In this document: piece after piece, positions 49,201-61,506 of the stretch
Layout: each line of letters opens with the position of its first letter
Position numbering within the stretch: the first letter of the stretch is position 1
DNA from: Isurus oxyrinchus
Lineage: Eukaryota
Assembly: GCA_026770705.1 (NCBI GenBank)
Contig: JANJGN010000034.1
Coordinates: forward strand, 13,082,001-13,146,000
Length of the DNA: 64,000 bases
Direction: 5' to 3'
The notes under the pieces: generated by a model
The model's input: only the letters and a program-made list of their open reading frames with translations
The model's database searches: none
What the model was told of the DNA's origin: nothing
Position numbers and translations under genes: made by a program

Positions 49201-52200
49201 CCTGCTCCCTATATAGACTCTCCTCTCTTCTCCCAGCGTCTTCATCTCCATTGCTCCTTTACTTATGATGCATCCTCCCATGCTGCTGCTTCTGATGGGT
49301 ATGTCTTCCTTCTTCCTCAGCTGAGGATCCCCACTACCACCTGACTAATTGACAGGGCCCCTAACTATGACCGCCCCTTTTCTCTCTCGTCAACTCACCC
49401 CCTTCCCCTATCAGCACCCCCTGCCCCCCTACACCAAAGCTGCTATAGGATTCTACTTGCCCTTATCTTTCACTCCACTATCTGCTACAATCCAACAGGT
49501 CATTGTCTGCCATTTCTGCCACCCCCAGTAGGATACCACCACCAAGTGCATCTTCCCCTCCCCTTCCCTTTGAGCATTTTGAAAGGGACCAATCCCTTCG
49601 TGACACCCCAGCTCACTAATCAATGACTTCCCCCACTTCCCGCCACACCAAATCCAGAAGATGTACCACTTGCCTTGTTACCTCCCCACATCACCCCACC
49701 CCCCCAACCCTTTCCCAAATTCCAGGGCTGCAAGTGCTTTTTCAGGGGAAACAGTGATTTATTTACACCTTTTTCAATTTGACATATTGCCTTTTTGCTG
49801 CTTACAATGCAGTCTCCTCTAAATCGGGCGACCAAAAGCACATTGACGATTGCTTTGTACACCACGTCCATCCAGTCTGCAACTGTGTTCCCCAATTCTT
49901 GTCATTTTAATTCTCCGCTCCACTCCCACTTTGACCTCTCTGTCCTCAGCCTGCTGCAGTGTTGTAATAAGGCCAATGGAAGTCAGAGGGGAAGCAATAT
50001 ATTTTTCGATTTACACCCGCCTGGACTTAATTTTGAGTTCAGTAATTTCAGATCATAACCTCTGCCCCTCTTTCTTGGTCAGCAGCTGTTGGAGATCTTT
50101 CTGCTGTTACCATTTACACCTCCTCTACAGCCTTCTTTTGTCTCTTTGCATGCCCCACTGCCAACCACTTTTACTTATTGTCAACGTTCCTTGTGTCATT
50201 TAATCACATAAGTCGCTTTAAGCTTGTTGCTTCTGTCACCTTTTCCAGCCCTGACAGACGGGGCAACAGTGGAAATGTTTGATCTGTTTCTGCCTCCACT
50301 GGAGCTGCCTGGCCTGCTGAGAATTTCCAGCAATCTCTGCCTTTATTTCAGATTTCCAGCAACTGCAGTATCTTGCTTTTGCACCCTCAATCAGAATTGT
50401 TGAGCTGGTTTACACCAGCGCATTCCTGCCTTTCATCAGGTGAAACAGCAGATGCGAATGTGCAATAACACAAGTCTCCTAATTTATATTTACAGCAGAA
50501 ACCTCTGTCAACGTTCCCGTTCAAAGAAAGACAATTGAGCAGGTAATTTAAAGCTACATTAATAGTTAGTAATTTCAGCTCTTTACTAAACATTTCACTT
50601 CTACTCTTGACAGCCTCAACTGTTTGCACCCAACCGGAACCACATGTTAGCAGTTGGTGTTTGAGACTGTAGCATTTAGCACAAATGGTTCACGTCTTAG
50701 TGACATCCCAGACAGTTACCTATGGAATATGTCAGTGTTCTTTACCACTAAAAATATTGTTCCAATGGCTTTGCATCTTTCCTCCAAGCCACTCGCCATC
50801 CTGACTTGGAAATATATCAGCCGTTCCTTCACTGTCGCTGGGTCAAATCCTGGAACTCCCTCCCTAACAGCACTGTGGGTGTACCTACACCACAGGGACT
50901 GCAGCGGCTCAAGAATGCAGCTCACCACCAGCTTCTCAAGGGCGGCTAGTGATGGGCAATAAATGCTGGGCCCAGCCAGCGAAGCCCATATTCCCATGAA
51001 TGAAAAGTAAGAAAAAATAGCAGAAGAAAAATGACACAGCTTTTCATTGATATAAGACCATAAGACCATAAGACATAGGAGCAGAAATTAGGCCATTCGG
51101 CCCATTGAGTCTGCTCCGCCATTCAATCATTGCTGATAAGTTTCTCAATCCCATTCTCCGGCCTTTGATATGAAAGCAGAAAATGCTGGAAAAATTCAGA
51201 ATGGACTCGAAACGTTGACTCTGCCCCTCTCTCCACAGATGCTGCCAGACCTGCTGAACTTTTCCAGCATTTTCTGTTTCTCTTTCAGATTCCCAGCATC
51301 CGCAGTGTTCAGCTGTTCGTTGACTGTCACCGGGACACACAGATTTGAGATAATTGGCAAAAAACCAGTGAGATGTTAAGGTTTCTTTTTCCTCCATGGA
51401 CCAGGCTGTTATGATCAGAAAGGGATGCTGAATAGGCTGTGGAAACAGATTCAATAGTAAATTTCAGAAGAAAATTGGGCAAATGTTTCAAAAGGAAACT
51501 CAGCAAGGTTATGCAGAAAGAGTAAGGGAGTGGGACTAATTAGGGAGAACTCTTTCTAAAGGCTGGCACAGGCAGAACAGGCTGAGGAACAAGCTTCGGT
51601 TCAGTGTGAATTCATGATTCTGTGAATGATTCTCATTTACTACCCAGAGAGTTGTTGATGTTTTTGTCCCCCTGTTCATTGACTGTGCTGTACCTGCCTG
51701 TCCCCATGTCGTCTTAGCTCTTCTGTTGATGCGAATGCCTGAATGTTCCTGGATTGAACCGTATTCTCTTTATTTTCCAGGATTTGTCAGATGTGAACGC
51801 CACTTACATGGTAGGGTGGAAGACATATTTATTTCAAGTGAGACTTTATTTAGGCAAATGAACATTATTGAGTTACTAACGAATCACACTTGTGGCAACT
51901 TCCCACAGGGCCTGAACTTAGCAGAAGAATCGGTCTACAGTGAATTACAGAGGTATAATTTATTCTGCTTCATTAACTGTGAGCCAATCCAAAGACAACA
52001 TGAATATATCTGACTGTCGTCTATCCATCTCTGCATCTATCACTTATCTATCTATCTATCCATCTATCTATCTATCTGTCTCTCTGCCTGTCTGTCTGTC
52101 TATCTATCTATCTGTTTGTCTATCTATCTGTTTATCTGCCTATCTGTCCAACTGTCTGCCTGTCACTCTGTCTGCCCCTCTGTGTGTCTCTCTGTGTGTC

Positions 52201-52587
52201 TCTCTGTCTGTCTGTCATGCCTGTCTGTCATGTCCATCTGTCTGCCTGTCTCTCTGTCTGTCTGCCTTTCATGTCTGTCTGCCATGCCTGTCTGCCTTCC
52301 TGTCTATCATGTCTGTTTGTTTGTCTGTCTATCTATTACGTATGTCTGTTTGTCTTTCTATCTATCATGTCTGTCTATCGAGCATGACTGTCCATCTCTT
52401 GGACTGCCTGTCTCCCACTCTCTTTCTCTCTCTCCCCCTCTGCCTGTGAAAGATTCTTTCAGCCCCCTTCCACTTCCAGCCATGATCTTAGAAGTAACTA
52501 CTGTGCTGTTCCCATTTACTTTGCACAGATTGTTTTTCAGGCAATGACTCGAGTAACATTTGGTTTAAAATCTCTTTTTTCAGATAA
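31184..52587 (+). CDS. Gene B: nectin/PVR-like V-C-C Ig receptor with TM arginine and intrinsic ITAM (activating), 10 coding exons, about 394 aa
   Basis: join 31184-31232, 38185-38523, 42486-42779, 43762-43879, 45660-45808, 48859-48969, 50496-50542, 51781-51810, 51909-51952, 52584-52587 = 1185 nt. All introns are GT-AG, the phases are compatible and the frame ends ...YSELQR*. Confidence 0.83.
34560..35190 (-). mobile_element. CR1-like LINE 3' fragment
   Basis: VRPHLEYCEQFW.PYLRKDILALEAVQRRFTRL. Confidence 0.88.
38185..38523 (+). CDS. Gene B exon 2, IgV domain
   Basis: 339 bp like the gene A V exon; 11 amino-acid differences; donor TTAG|gtatgt. Confidence 0.93.
39258..41790 (+). mobile_element. 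Young Penelope-like element with an uninterrupted RT-GIY-YIG ORF, in intron 2 of gene B only
   Basis: ORF 39200-41251; the empty site in the other arm is at about 16135-16150. Confidence 0.94.
42486..42779 (+). CDS. Gene B exon 3, second Ig domain
   Basis: One amino-acid difference (N/S) from gene A; intact splice sites. Confidence 0.92.
43762..43879 (+). CDS. Gene B exon 4, third Ig domain first half
   Basis: Protein identical to gene A exon 4. Confidence 0.92.
45660..45808 (+). CDS. Gene B exon 5, third Ig domain second half
   Basis: Protein identical to gene A exon 5. Confidence 0.9.
46413..46975 (-). mobile_element. Penelope-like 3' end / pLTR fragment
   Basis: GLNIEFNNFRS C-terminus plus the same tail as the other copies. 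Confidence 0.85.
48859..48969 (+). CDS. Gene B exon 6, transmembrane exon containing Arg
   Basis: ttcgcag| acceptor, GCAG|gtaaat donor, phase 1-1; DHGNGKLINPCVTLRVVVFALSTFLIVLFIRRKCRPA. Confidence 0.82.
49180..50380 (+). mobile_element. Old degenerate Penelope-like relic
   Basis: Decayed matches (accaccaagtgcatcttcccctc; GLNFEFSNFRS; gatttccagcaactgcagta tail). Confidence 0.7.
50496..50542 (+). CDS. Gene B exon 7, cytoplasmic (AETSVNVPVQRKTIEQ)
   Basis: NAGNAG acceptor tacag|cag|, donor CAG|gtaatt, phase 1->0; shares E-x-x-VN / TGTCAAC with gene A exon 7. Confidence 0.68.
51781..51810 (+). CDS. Gene B exon 8, first half of ITAM (DLSDVNATYM)
   Basis: Strong acceptor ctctttattttccag| and donor ATG|gtaggg; read in phase 0. 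Confidence 0.78.
51909..51952 (+). CDS. Gene B exon 9, second half of ITAM (GLNLAEESVYSELQR)
   Basis: cttcccacag| acceptor after a 98-bp intron; donor AG|gtataa. Confidence 0.78.
52020..52440. repeat. Degenerate (TCTA)/(TCTG) microsatellite
   Basis: Low-complexity tetranucleotide array in the last intron of gene B. Confidence 0.9.
52584..52587 (+). CDS. Gene B putative terminal exon (A TAA stop)
   Basis: ctcttttttcag|ATAA completes the AG|A Arg codon, then stop. Confidence 0.55.
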
Positions 52588-54367
52588 GCTGCTTGCAAGA
52601 ATGAACACAGCTCAGCCAGACCCCAGACAGTGTTCAACTCTGAACTTTGTCCTGATCTTTCAACATTATTATACAAACCCTCTTACAGAAATTCTGTGCT
52701 TAATGACGTAGACATAGGTAATTGTCATTCCTAGATCTCTGCTTATTTAGTGGTGCAGTAAATTTCAATGCCTTTAATCAAGATTGACATCCACCCAATG
52801 GGATGTCTCTACTGCTTGCAAATGAATGGAACTCTTTCTATTACCCGCCTTTCTCAATATCAGACCATTGCCATATAATGTATAACAGCTTTTTAAAAAA
52901 AATGAGGCACAGGGACCAATTCCACAATTGAATTGTGCATAGCTCTCACACCTGGGCTTGGACAGGGTGCAGAGGGTTAGGGGGGCAAGTGGGGGGAGGG
53001 GGGGCGTTGAGGAGTGGGGGAGGGGGTAGCTATTTTGTGAGGAAAGTTTGGACAAGCTAGGCCTGTATCCATTGGAGTTTAGAAGAATGAGAGGTGATCT
53101 TATTGAAACATATTATATCCTGAGGAGACTTGACAGGGTAGATGCTGAGAGAACATTTCCCCTTTTGGGAGCCTCTAGATCTAGTGGACACAGTTTAATA
53201 AAAGAGAGTCTCCCATTTTAGATGGAGATGGGAAGATTTTTTATTCTCTCTGAGAGCTGTGAATCTTTGGAGCTGTCTTCCCCAGACAGCATTGGAGGCT
53301 GGGTCAATGAATGTTCTTAAGGCAGGAGTAGATTCTTGATTAACAAGGGGGTCAAAGGTTATCAGGGGTAGGCAGAATGTGGAGTTGAGGTTCCAGTGGG
53401 ATCAGCCATGATCTCACTGAATAGCAGAGTAGGCTCTAGGGGCTGAATGGTCTACGCCTGCTCCTAATTCATATATAGAAACAGAAAGTGCTGGAAAAGC
53501 ACAGCAGGTCTGGCAGCATCAGCATAGTGCTATTGTCACTGTGTTGGGGTTCCAGAGATACAGGGTTCCAATCTCTGACGAAAACCATTGCTGAATGTTA
53601 TGAAAACCCAGCTGATGTGATGCCCTTTAGGTAAGGAAATCTGATATCCTTACCTTGCCTAGCCTGCAGGTTGACTCTGAATGAGGGCAAATAAATATTG
53701 GCCTTGCTAGTGGTGCCCACTTCCCATGAATGAATTTTTAAAAATGTAGCCAGTATTCTGGAATTCCCAAACAGCCCACCTCCGACAACCCCCACCCCCA
53801 ACCCCCGCACCCCCCCACGCCCCACCTCTGCCCCCCCACCACCCCCCCCCCCCCCACCCCCCCCCCCCCCCCCCACCACCCCCCCCCAACCCCCACCCCA
53901 TCATTCTAGGTCACAATCACTTGCTTCCCTGTCACCAATGACCAAAGTAGTCTCTTGCCCACTTGTAGCTGCATTTCCTGTTGAACTGCTTTTCCCGCCC
54001 CCAAAAGGGAGCATATATTATCGACATTGGTCAGAACCATTCCCATTGGAAGGGTGAAGAGCGCTTTCATCCCAGCACTAGGGACAGTTTGATCAATTTG
54101 CGGACAGTCAGCTATGAGTCCTTCCTTATACTTAGGTTCTAATTGGATCAGCCATTGTTCACCCAGGTCCGATCAATGTGTAATCTTGGCTGGAGCAAAT
54201 TGTTGTCATAGAGAGAGAGCGAGGGAGAGAGAACACAGAACCAGCGAGCTTGGTGTAGTGGAAATGACACAACTGTTTTTCAATAGGAAAGAGGGGGAGG
54301 AATGAAGGTCCTGTTCACAGATAGAAAGCAAAAGACACACAAAGAGTGGCAGAAAATGTTAGAGCAT

Positions 54368-54443
54368 GGGGTGGGTAGGGGTTGGAAGGGGTGGGTAGGG
54401 GTTGGAAGGGGTGGGTAGGGGTTGGAAGGGGTGGGTAGGTTGG
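54368..54443 (+). repeat. 20-bp G-rich tandem repeat (ggggtgggtaggggttggaa, about 4 copies)
   Basis: Direct repeats with G-runs; G-quadruplex potential. Confidence 0.85.
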
Positions 54444-56647
54444 GGAATTGGGTGACAGTGGGGGTTCAAATTGAACTAAAATTCAGTGAATCAATCTGGA
54501 AAATTGAAAGCTTATCCTCAGTAATGGTGACCATCATTGATAGTGGTAAAAGAAAAACCCATCTGGCTCACTATTGTCCTTTAGGGAAGGAAATCTGCCT
54601 CCTTACCTGGTCTGGCCTACATGTGGCTCCACACCCACAGCAATGTGGCCGGGCAAGCTGTTCAGTTCAAAGGCAAATTAGAGATGGACAGCAAATGCTG
54701 GCCTTGCCATGTCCCATGAAAAAAGAAATAAAGCAATTGGATAGATAATTGATGGGCCAAATTACAGAGTTTATGGAGTAAGGCCAGGGCGAGGGAAATA
54801 GATTAGACTGCTTTGCAAATGAGCTGTCAGAGGTACAAGGGGCTGTAGGACCTCACCCGCTGCCGATTCCTTCCGTGTTTCCACGAGTCCATGCTTTAGA
54901 AGTATCTGAGAGAGCCGGCTTTGTAACTGTCCCAAACGATCCAGCAGGATGAACGTCATATCTGCACGCCAATATGGACACACGCTTAGGAACGAGAGCA
55001 GAACACAGGTACAACATTCTGTGATGGAAATGGGAATGACCTAACAAACAATGATTAAATACTAACACTGGTGACACATGTATATACTTTAACATATTTC
55101 TTTCTGAATATTTCAACATAAGACAAAATAAATGATTTCATATATTAGTTGGAATTAATTCTGGTGGACAACATTTAATAGACCAACTTGGGAACATAAA
55201 CTAGAGCATTAATGCATTATTACAATGCATAACAATAATAATACCGTCAATAATACCTCATTTCCCTTAGTGGCGGTGTCACTAACGGAGTGGGGGAGGG
55301 GGGGGGTGTGTGGGGGGGAGATGTAAAATAGTTGAACCAAGATTAGATGGAGGTTGAGGGACAATGTTTCCACCCAGAGCTTGCTGGGGGGACTTAAACT
55401 CACTTGCTGAAATCATGGTGGAAGCAAAATCCCTAATCACATTTAAAACGGGCTTGGATTTTCACAAGGGTACAGGCAAAGTGCAAAAAAGTGGGGCTAG
55501 GTTGGATAGCAGCTCCTCAGCCAGCACAGACATAATGGGCCAAATGACCTCCCTCCGTGCTATATCACTGCACGACCCATTATATGCAGAAGGCTTCACC
55601 CCTGATGAATTGTATGAGTGAACTTGCACCTCTGGAACGTGGTGGAAAACCAAGTCCGGAGACTTGAGCTGAAAGCCACCTACCTGTTGCAATAGGGACC
55701 TTTATTCAACACATGTCCTCAGACTTTAATATGTTAACCATTTTCACCCAGAAGGATAACGTTTAATTGCACCACTGAATGTAAACTCTATAAATCCAGT
55801 AACATTGCTCTAAGCTTCAAATTACAAACAACAGTGGGGTAAATTATTTGGGTTAGGAATAATGGTTTTATTTAAGTCCAAATTGTGTTGCAATGCAGGG
55901 TAACATCTAAAAGTATTTGAATGCCTTGAAAGTTAGCGTTCAGCTTTATCAGCACTCCACTGACGAATATATCAAAAAGTGGAATAAATCTACTTCTGTT
56001 TGAGAATGCCATACACAATGCCTTCTGAACCAGCGTTATCTTCACTGGAACATGTTCTCTTTGTGGGATGTCCTATGCTGAGACATGTTCGGGGAGGAAT
56101 ACACGATCTCACGATGTCACTGCTAATGCAAACCCAGGTTTTACCATCGCAAATACTTTATCATCAGGCACTAAACATTCCTTTCCAATGTTTTCTCTGC
56201 TTACAGAAGGGTACAGGTATGTCTGCACATAAGAACAGCATGATTATCTCGTTTGACACATGGGATTAAAACACAACTCTGCAAACTGAAAAAAAAAATA
56301 GGGACTTGAGATCAGAACCACAGAGATGCCCCAAAGTGCCTCTCAGTCAATGATGTATTTTGATGTGAGGTAACTGATGCAATGTTCGAAACGTGGAATC
56401 CAGCTTGTACACACCAAAGACATTGCAAACACATTGGAGGTGGTTCAGAGGAGTTTTACTAGGCTGATATCTGGAATGAGTGGGTTGTCTTATGAGGAAA
56501 GGGTGGACAGACTACGCTTGTTCAGAGGAGTGAGGGGTGATTTGACTGAAGATTCTGAACGGTCTTGACAGGGTGGACGTGGAAATGATGTTTCCTCTCG
56601 TGGGTGAGTCCAGAACTACGGGGTACTGTTTTAAAATTAGGGGTGGC

Positions 56648-57449
56648 TGTAATGACACAGCAGTTGGTCGAGGCTGAGTTACTTAAAATCCCAGAGGGAA
56701 ACTTTAATCAACTGTCACAATTTTCAGTTGGTATGGTTGAGATGCAACTCAGAATTCAGCAATAAAATCAACAGGCCTCAAGAGTTATCTTTTGTAAATT
56801 AAGTTAAACATTCACTAATTTAACTACAAATTTAAACACATACACATGTCCACAAATTACTACCAGAATAACTTTTAAACAAATCCCCAAATTAATCACT
56901 CCCAGGGAAATCTTCACCAAGGCAACAATAACCCATAGACTTAAACAGACACTGGGCAAAGCACATTTTATCTTACAAATTCAAAATGAGATTCCTTTCA
57001 ATTTGTTCCTTTGCAGACAGTTGTAGGCTTACAGGTTGGTTAGATCTCACATGCCTCTGACTCACACCCAAAACTCTTTTCTGTATATACCTAGCCTTCC
57101 CAATGAATGTCCATTTCCATTGTATCACCAGGCCCTTTGAACTCCACCTCTTCTAACAATAAAATCCTTTTCATAGTACCAATTTTATTAGTAACATAAA
57201 TATATTGCTTTGCATCTCCTAGCTAGGTGCAAGATTTCACCCCCAATCTTTGAATTCAATCTATTCAATGAAATGCAAATGTACCTCTTAACTTACTGTT
57301 TAACATCTCAAAACTACTGTACATCAAAGCACCCAGAATAGCTGGCTTTAATCCAATTAACACACATACTCACAGACACAGACCCTACTACAAGTCCAAT
57401 TTAAAATAATTTCCAGTAACATTATATACATTAATATCTCTTCATGACA
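56648..57449. mobile_element. Probable solo LTR (about 800 bp, TG...CA) inserted in a CR1 fragment
   Basis: Ends tgtaatga...tcatgaca are inverted. It splits ttaaaattaggggt(c)gc|ccttttaggacagagatg, which is contiguous at 20561-20600. Confidence 0.7.
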
Positions 57450-58860
57450 TTCACCCTTTTAGGACAGAGATGAGGATTTTTTTCCCTCAGAGGGATGTGC
57501 AACTTTGGAACTCTCTGCCTCAGAAGGTGGCGAAGGTGGGGTCATTGGATATTTTTGAGGTGGAGGTAGACAGAATCTTGTTAGGCAGAAGTATCAACAT
57601 TTATTATGGGCAGATGGAAATGTGGAATTCAACAGGCAGACAGATCAGCCACGATCTTGTTGAATTGTGGAGCAGGCTCGAGGGGCCAAAAGGCCTACTT
57701 TTGCTTCTATTTCGTATGTTTGTAATTGTGATCAGGACCAGATAATTTGTTGTGGAGGCATGGAAGGAGTGCTAAATATTGGAGAATTGATCTTTTATTG
57801 CTTGCCTGAGAGACCCTTGGTTTAATGCCCAAGATGAGACCCTTTGCACAGTACATGTTTCTGGATCTGGAGTGGGCCTTGGTCCCACGAACTGTGGGCT
57901 TCAAGCAGGGCAATGCTACTAACATTAACGTTGCAAAATTTGGTAGTCCCTCAAATTTAGTCCCTCTTATCAAGTTCTTTTTTCAAAACTCACTCATGGG
58001 ATATAGCCAGCACCCTTCCCTTAATTATCCTGGTTCAACCACATTGTTGTGGGTCTAACATTAGTGGACTGGCTTTTAATTCCAAATTTTTATTGAATTC
58101 AAATCTTTCTATTTGCCATGGTAGGATTTAAACCCAGGTCCCCAGAGAATTACCCTGATTTCTGGAGTACTAGTCAGTGAAATGTACCAGTATGCTACCT
58201 AAACACTATCCAGTAGCCAGTTTTTGTTGATTTCAGGCACACTTGTACTGGTTATAAGCTCTGTCAGACATTACTCGGAGATCAAAAGATTTTCAAAGAA
58301 TCTATTTCCATCCTGGAAGGTTTGTTTCAGCATGAGGGGAAAAAACACAGCAAGAGAGTGGTTGCTGATTGATTAAGGTCAACGTATTCCTTCTAAATCT
58401 GTGCACATACTCACCCGCCTTCTATTGTTGTATCCGTCCAGCCTCTCATCTCTCCATCCAATCGATCTATTAGCCTGTCGGTGTGTAATGCACCATCCTG
58501 CAGCAGAGTTTAGCAATGCGCTTGGTGTGATAATTGAATAATTTTCTGATGATGGCCTTATCACTATTAATCTATCTGTCTCTGCATCCATCTACCATTT
58601 AGCTATTACATACCCAAGCTAGCTGGCAAGCTTTTAGGCTATCATCTATCTCCCTCTCCATCTATCCAGCCTGTTAGAGTTTTGAAGATGGGACCTTGGA
58701 CTGAATGTTAACTCGGCTCCTCGCTCCATAGCTGCTGTCAGACCTATTGGATATTTTGAATACTTTCTGTTATTTAATTGCCTGGCTATATATCTATTTA
58801 TTTTTTTTCATGTACGTATGTATGTATGCATCTATCTCTCTACCTATCTACCAACTACCC

Positions 58861-59030
58861 NNNNNNNNNNNNNNNNNNNNNNNNNNNNNNNNNNNNNNNN
58901 NNNNNNNNNNNNNNNNNNNNNNNNNNNNNNNNNNNNNNNNNNNNNNNNNNNNNNNNNNNNNNNNNNNNNNNNNNNNNNNNNNNNNNNNNNNNNNNNNNNN
59001 NNNNNNNNNNNNNNNNNNNNNNNNNNNNNN
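58861..59030. other. Assembly gap (170 N) within a ccat/ctat microsatellite
   Basis: Run of N. Confidence 1.
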
Positions 59031-60453
59031 CCATCCACCTACCTACCCACCCACCCATCTGTCTGCCCATCATCCATCCACCCCTAGATTAATAGAGTCC
59101 CGTACAGGCGGCTGGTTCTCTTCATATCAATAAGAAGTTGGCCTTGTACTTCACCTACCAATGATCAATGTGAATCCCTTGATAATAATGAAATGGAATA
59201 ACTTCCATCCTGAATTTTTATGCTCATTTTCTGATAAGTATTAATGTGTCCCAATGTTAGCTTAGGTACCTGATTGTCAGTGTCCTGGTGAGTCATGTAA
59301 CTAGAATGGCAGGTAGGGCTTTAAACTAATAAAGCAGAGGGAGTGTTAGCGTAAGGGTCAATGCAGAATTCCGAAGGGAAAATCCCCGATCACCCTACCT
59401 TTAGCTCACCTCAAATCTAATTTACATTAAAGTGAAATCTGTTTTTTTTTTCTTGTACTGTCACATTGTAATAGACAGATGTGAAATTGAAAAATCTCAG
59501 GTAACAACTATATTTCCTGAATAAGTTCTTCCCATCTAATTTTCAGCTTAGAAATGAGTTATGAGAATGATTTAGCTGTAGCAGTCAGGCATCATGAGTT
59601 TGAGGTGGGTATCAATTGGAATTAGGAGCAATTTGGCGGAGTTTTTACACTCCAGATATTTCTGCATACTAAACCTCATGTGTTGTTTGGATTTGGGAAA
59701 AAGTGCATAATTGCACCATGTGCAGATCCAATTCAATCTCAATTTGAAGTCATAGTGATAACAGGTTCTCTGGGGCACCAGTGCAAAATGGTCTGATTTG
59801 GACCACCGGTTGCATACTCTGCCAGACATTAAATTCAATTGACATTAATTGAACTCCACGCTAGTTCTGGCGAGTAGCAGACAGCGTTTCAAGCCTGTCC
59901 CTCCAGTCAGTTGCGATATAGCAGACCTGTACTTTATCTCGGTTTGCCCAGATTGGTTCCATAATTCTCTTGACGAACAAAACTCTTAAACATCTCAGTT
60001 TCGGAATGTTCAAATCGTTTAACCTCTAATGATTTCCGGCGGGGAGAAATTTTAATCCTTAAATCTTTGTTATTTTGACCTGTCCTTAATTAATTTAGAC
60101 ACAGAAAGAAGAGAAAGGTGGAGATGGAGGGAATAGCAGAGCTGGAGGCTGTGAATTGAGAGAGAGAGAGTAAAAGAGAGGGATGAGTGTAACAAAGGGA
60201 GACCGACTGTGATGGAGGAATGGAGAAAAAAAGAGAGTAGACAGATATCAGAGATTTGGATGAAGGGAAGATTTTCTTTTAGAAGCTCATGTTGAAGTTT
60301 CACATGAATGGTCTCCTGGAGCATATTTTGATATCACGGTATTATGGATCACCTGAAACTTGCAAGTAAAATAAGGACACAGCTCCCACAAAATGGATTT
60401 TTATTCAGTTTTATCAAATTTTGACCTCCATTTGAATATCCTTTAAAAAAAAA

Positions 60454-60769
60454 GACATTTTTGTCAAAGTTTTTCATCTTGCACTCATCAGGACAATGGC
60501 AAGAAGACCAGCGTCAGGTGAAGCAACGGCCATTCTCTGGTTCATTCCTCTGGGCAATTAGAATCTGGTTTAAAATTTCAAATAATGCTTGGCAGTTAAC
60601 TGTTGGTCACCAGTAACTAGTGCATTCTCCAAGGCAACGTCTCTACCATTCAGAGCCCATTTTCCCGCCAATCAGCACTCGCTTCTCATACAGTATAAAA
60701 CTGTCGCTCTCCCCTGACATTCTTGTGATTGTCCTGATGAGTGCTAGATGAAAAGCTTTGACAAAATGT
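60454..60769. mobile_element. About 315-bp TIR element of the same family
   Basis: ttgtcCTGATGAGtgctagatGAAAagctTTgacaa at 60729-60764 and an inverted copy at 60461-60496. Confidence 0.7.
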
Positions 60770-61506
60770 ATTTTCTGTTTCAAGCCCTGAGCTACCAATC
60801 CTTTAAAACAGGTAAGAGACATTTTCTCCAGAATGGGCCCCAATGTGTTATTGGCTCAGGGACGAGTGAAGGCAATTTTTAACTTGGTATAAAGGTGGTG
60901 CTTATCACACAGATGATTAGCATAAACCTCACCCAAGTTTCCCGCCCCCTGTCACCTGTATTGCTCCGGAGATGAAATTTAAAGTAGCCCTTAAAGTCAT
61001 GGATTTCCCATAGAATCTCAGGGAGTTGGTGGGGGGTGGGGGGGGGGGGGGGGGTGGTGGAGAGGGGTGGTGGTAGCGTTTGAGGAGCAAATTTGGGTGG
61101 GGCGTGGAATGGGCGGGCTCTCCGCTTCCCTCCAACTGAAACAGAGCGGGTTCAGAGTCGGTGAGACATTCTGCAACTTCAGAGTGAAAGAGATTTGGCC
61201 ATGCATTGAATATTTGAGGCAGTTTTACCACCTGGCTGCTAATGCCAAGGCAATTTGCCAAGAGGGGAGGTGGGAACATGCAGTGGATGGAGAATAGGGG
61301 TGAGTGAAGTGGCCAGCGGAAGGACCAATGAGGTTAAAATAGGTCTCAGAACCAGTGAATGTTACATTCCTGCCCGGTGGTAAAGGTGAGAATTCATCCT
61401 CCTCAACTGGTTATTTTGGGTGAACAGGCGCTGTCAATCTAAGAGAATGGGGAGAGGCCATGGAGTGGCATGCACCTCGTGAGTACTACAGTCACAACCA
61501 CCTTTG

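Noticed and set aside
51930-51947. SVYSEL as an isolated ITIM
   Set aside because: With the upstream exon it is the second half of a correctly spaced ITAM.
51940-52547. Leu/Ser/Cys-rich ORFs
   Set aside because: Translation of a TCTG/TCTA microsatellite.
6362-52587. Assigning a gene symbol (NECTIN1-4, PVR, CD96)
   Set aside because: The ectodomain is nectin/PVR-like but the tails match none of these; orthology needs a phylogeny.
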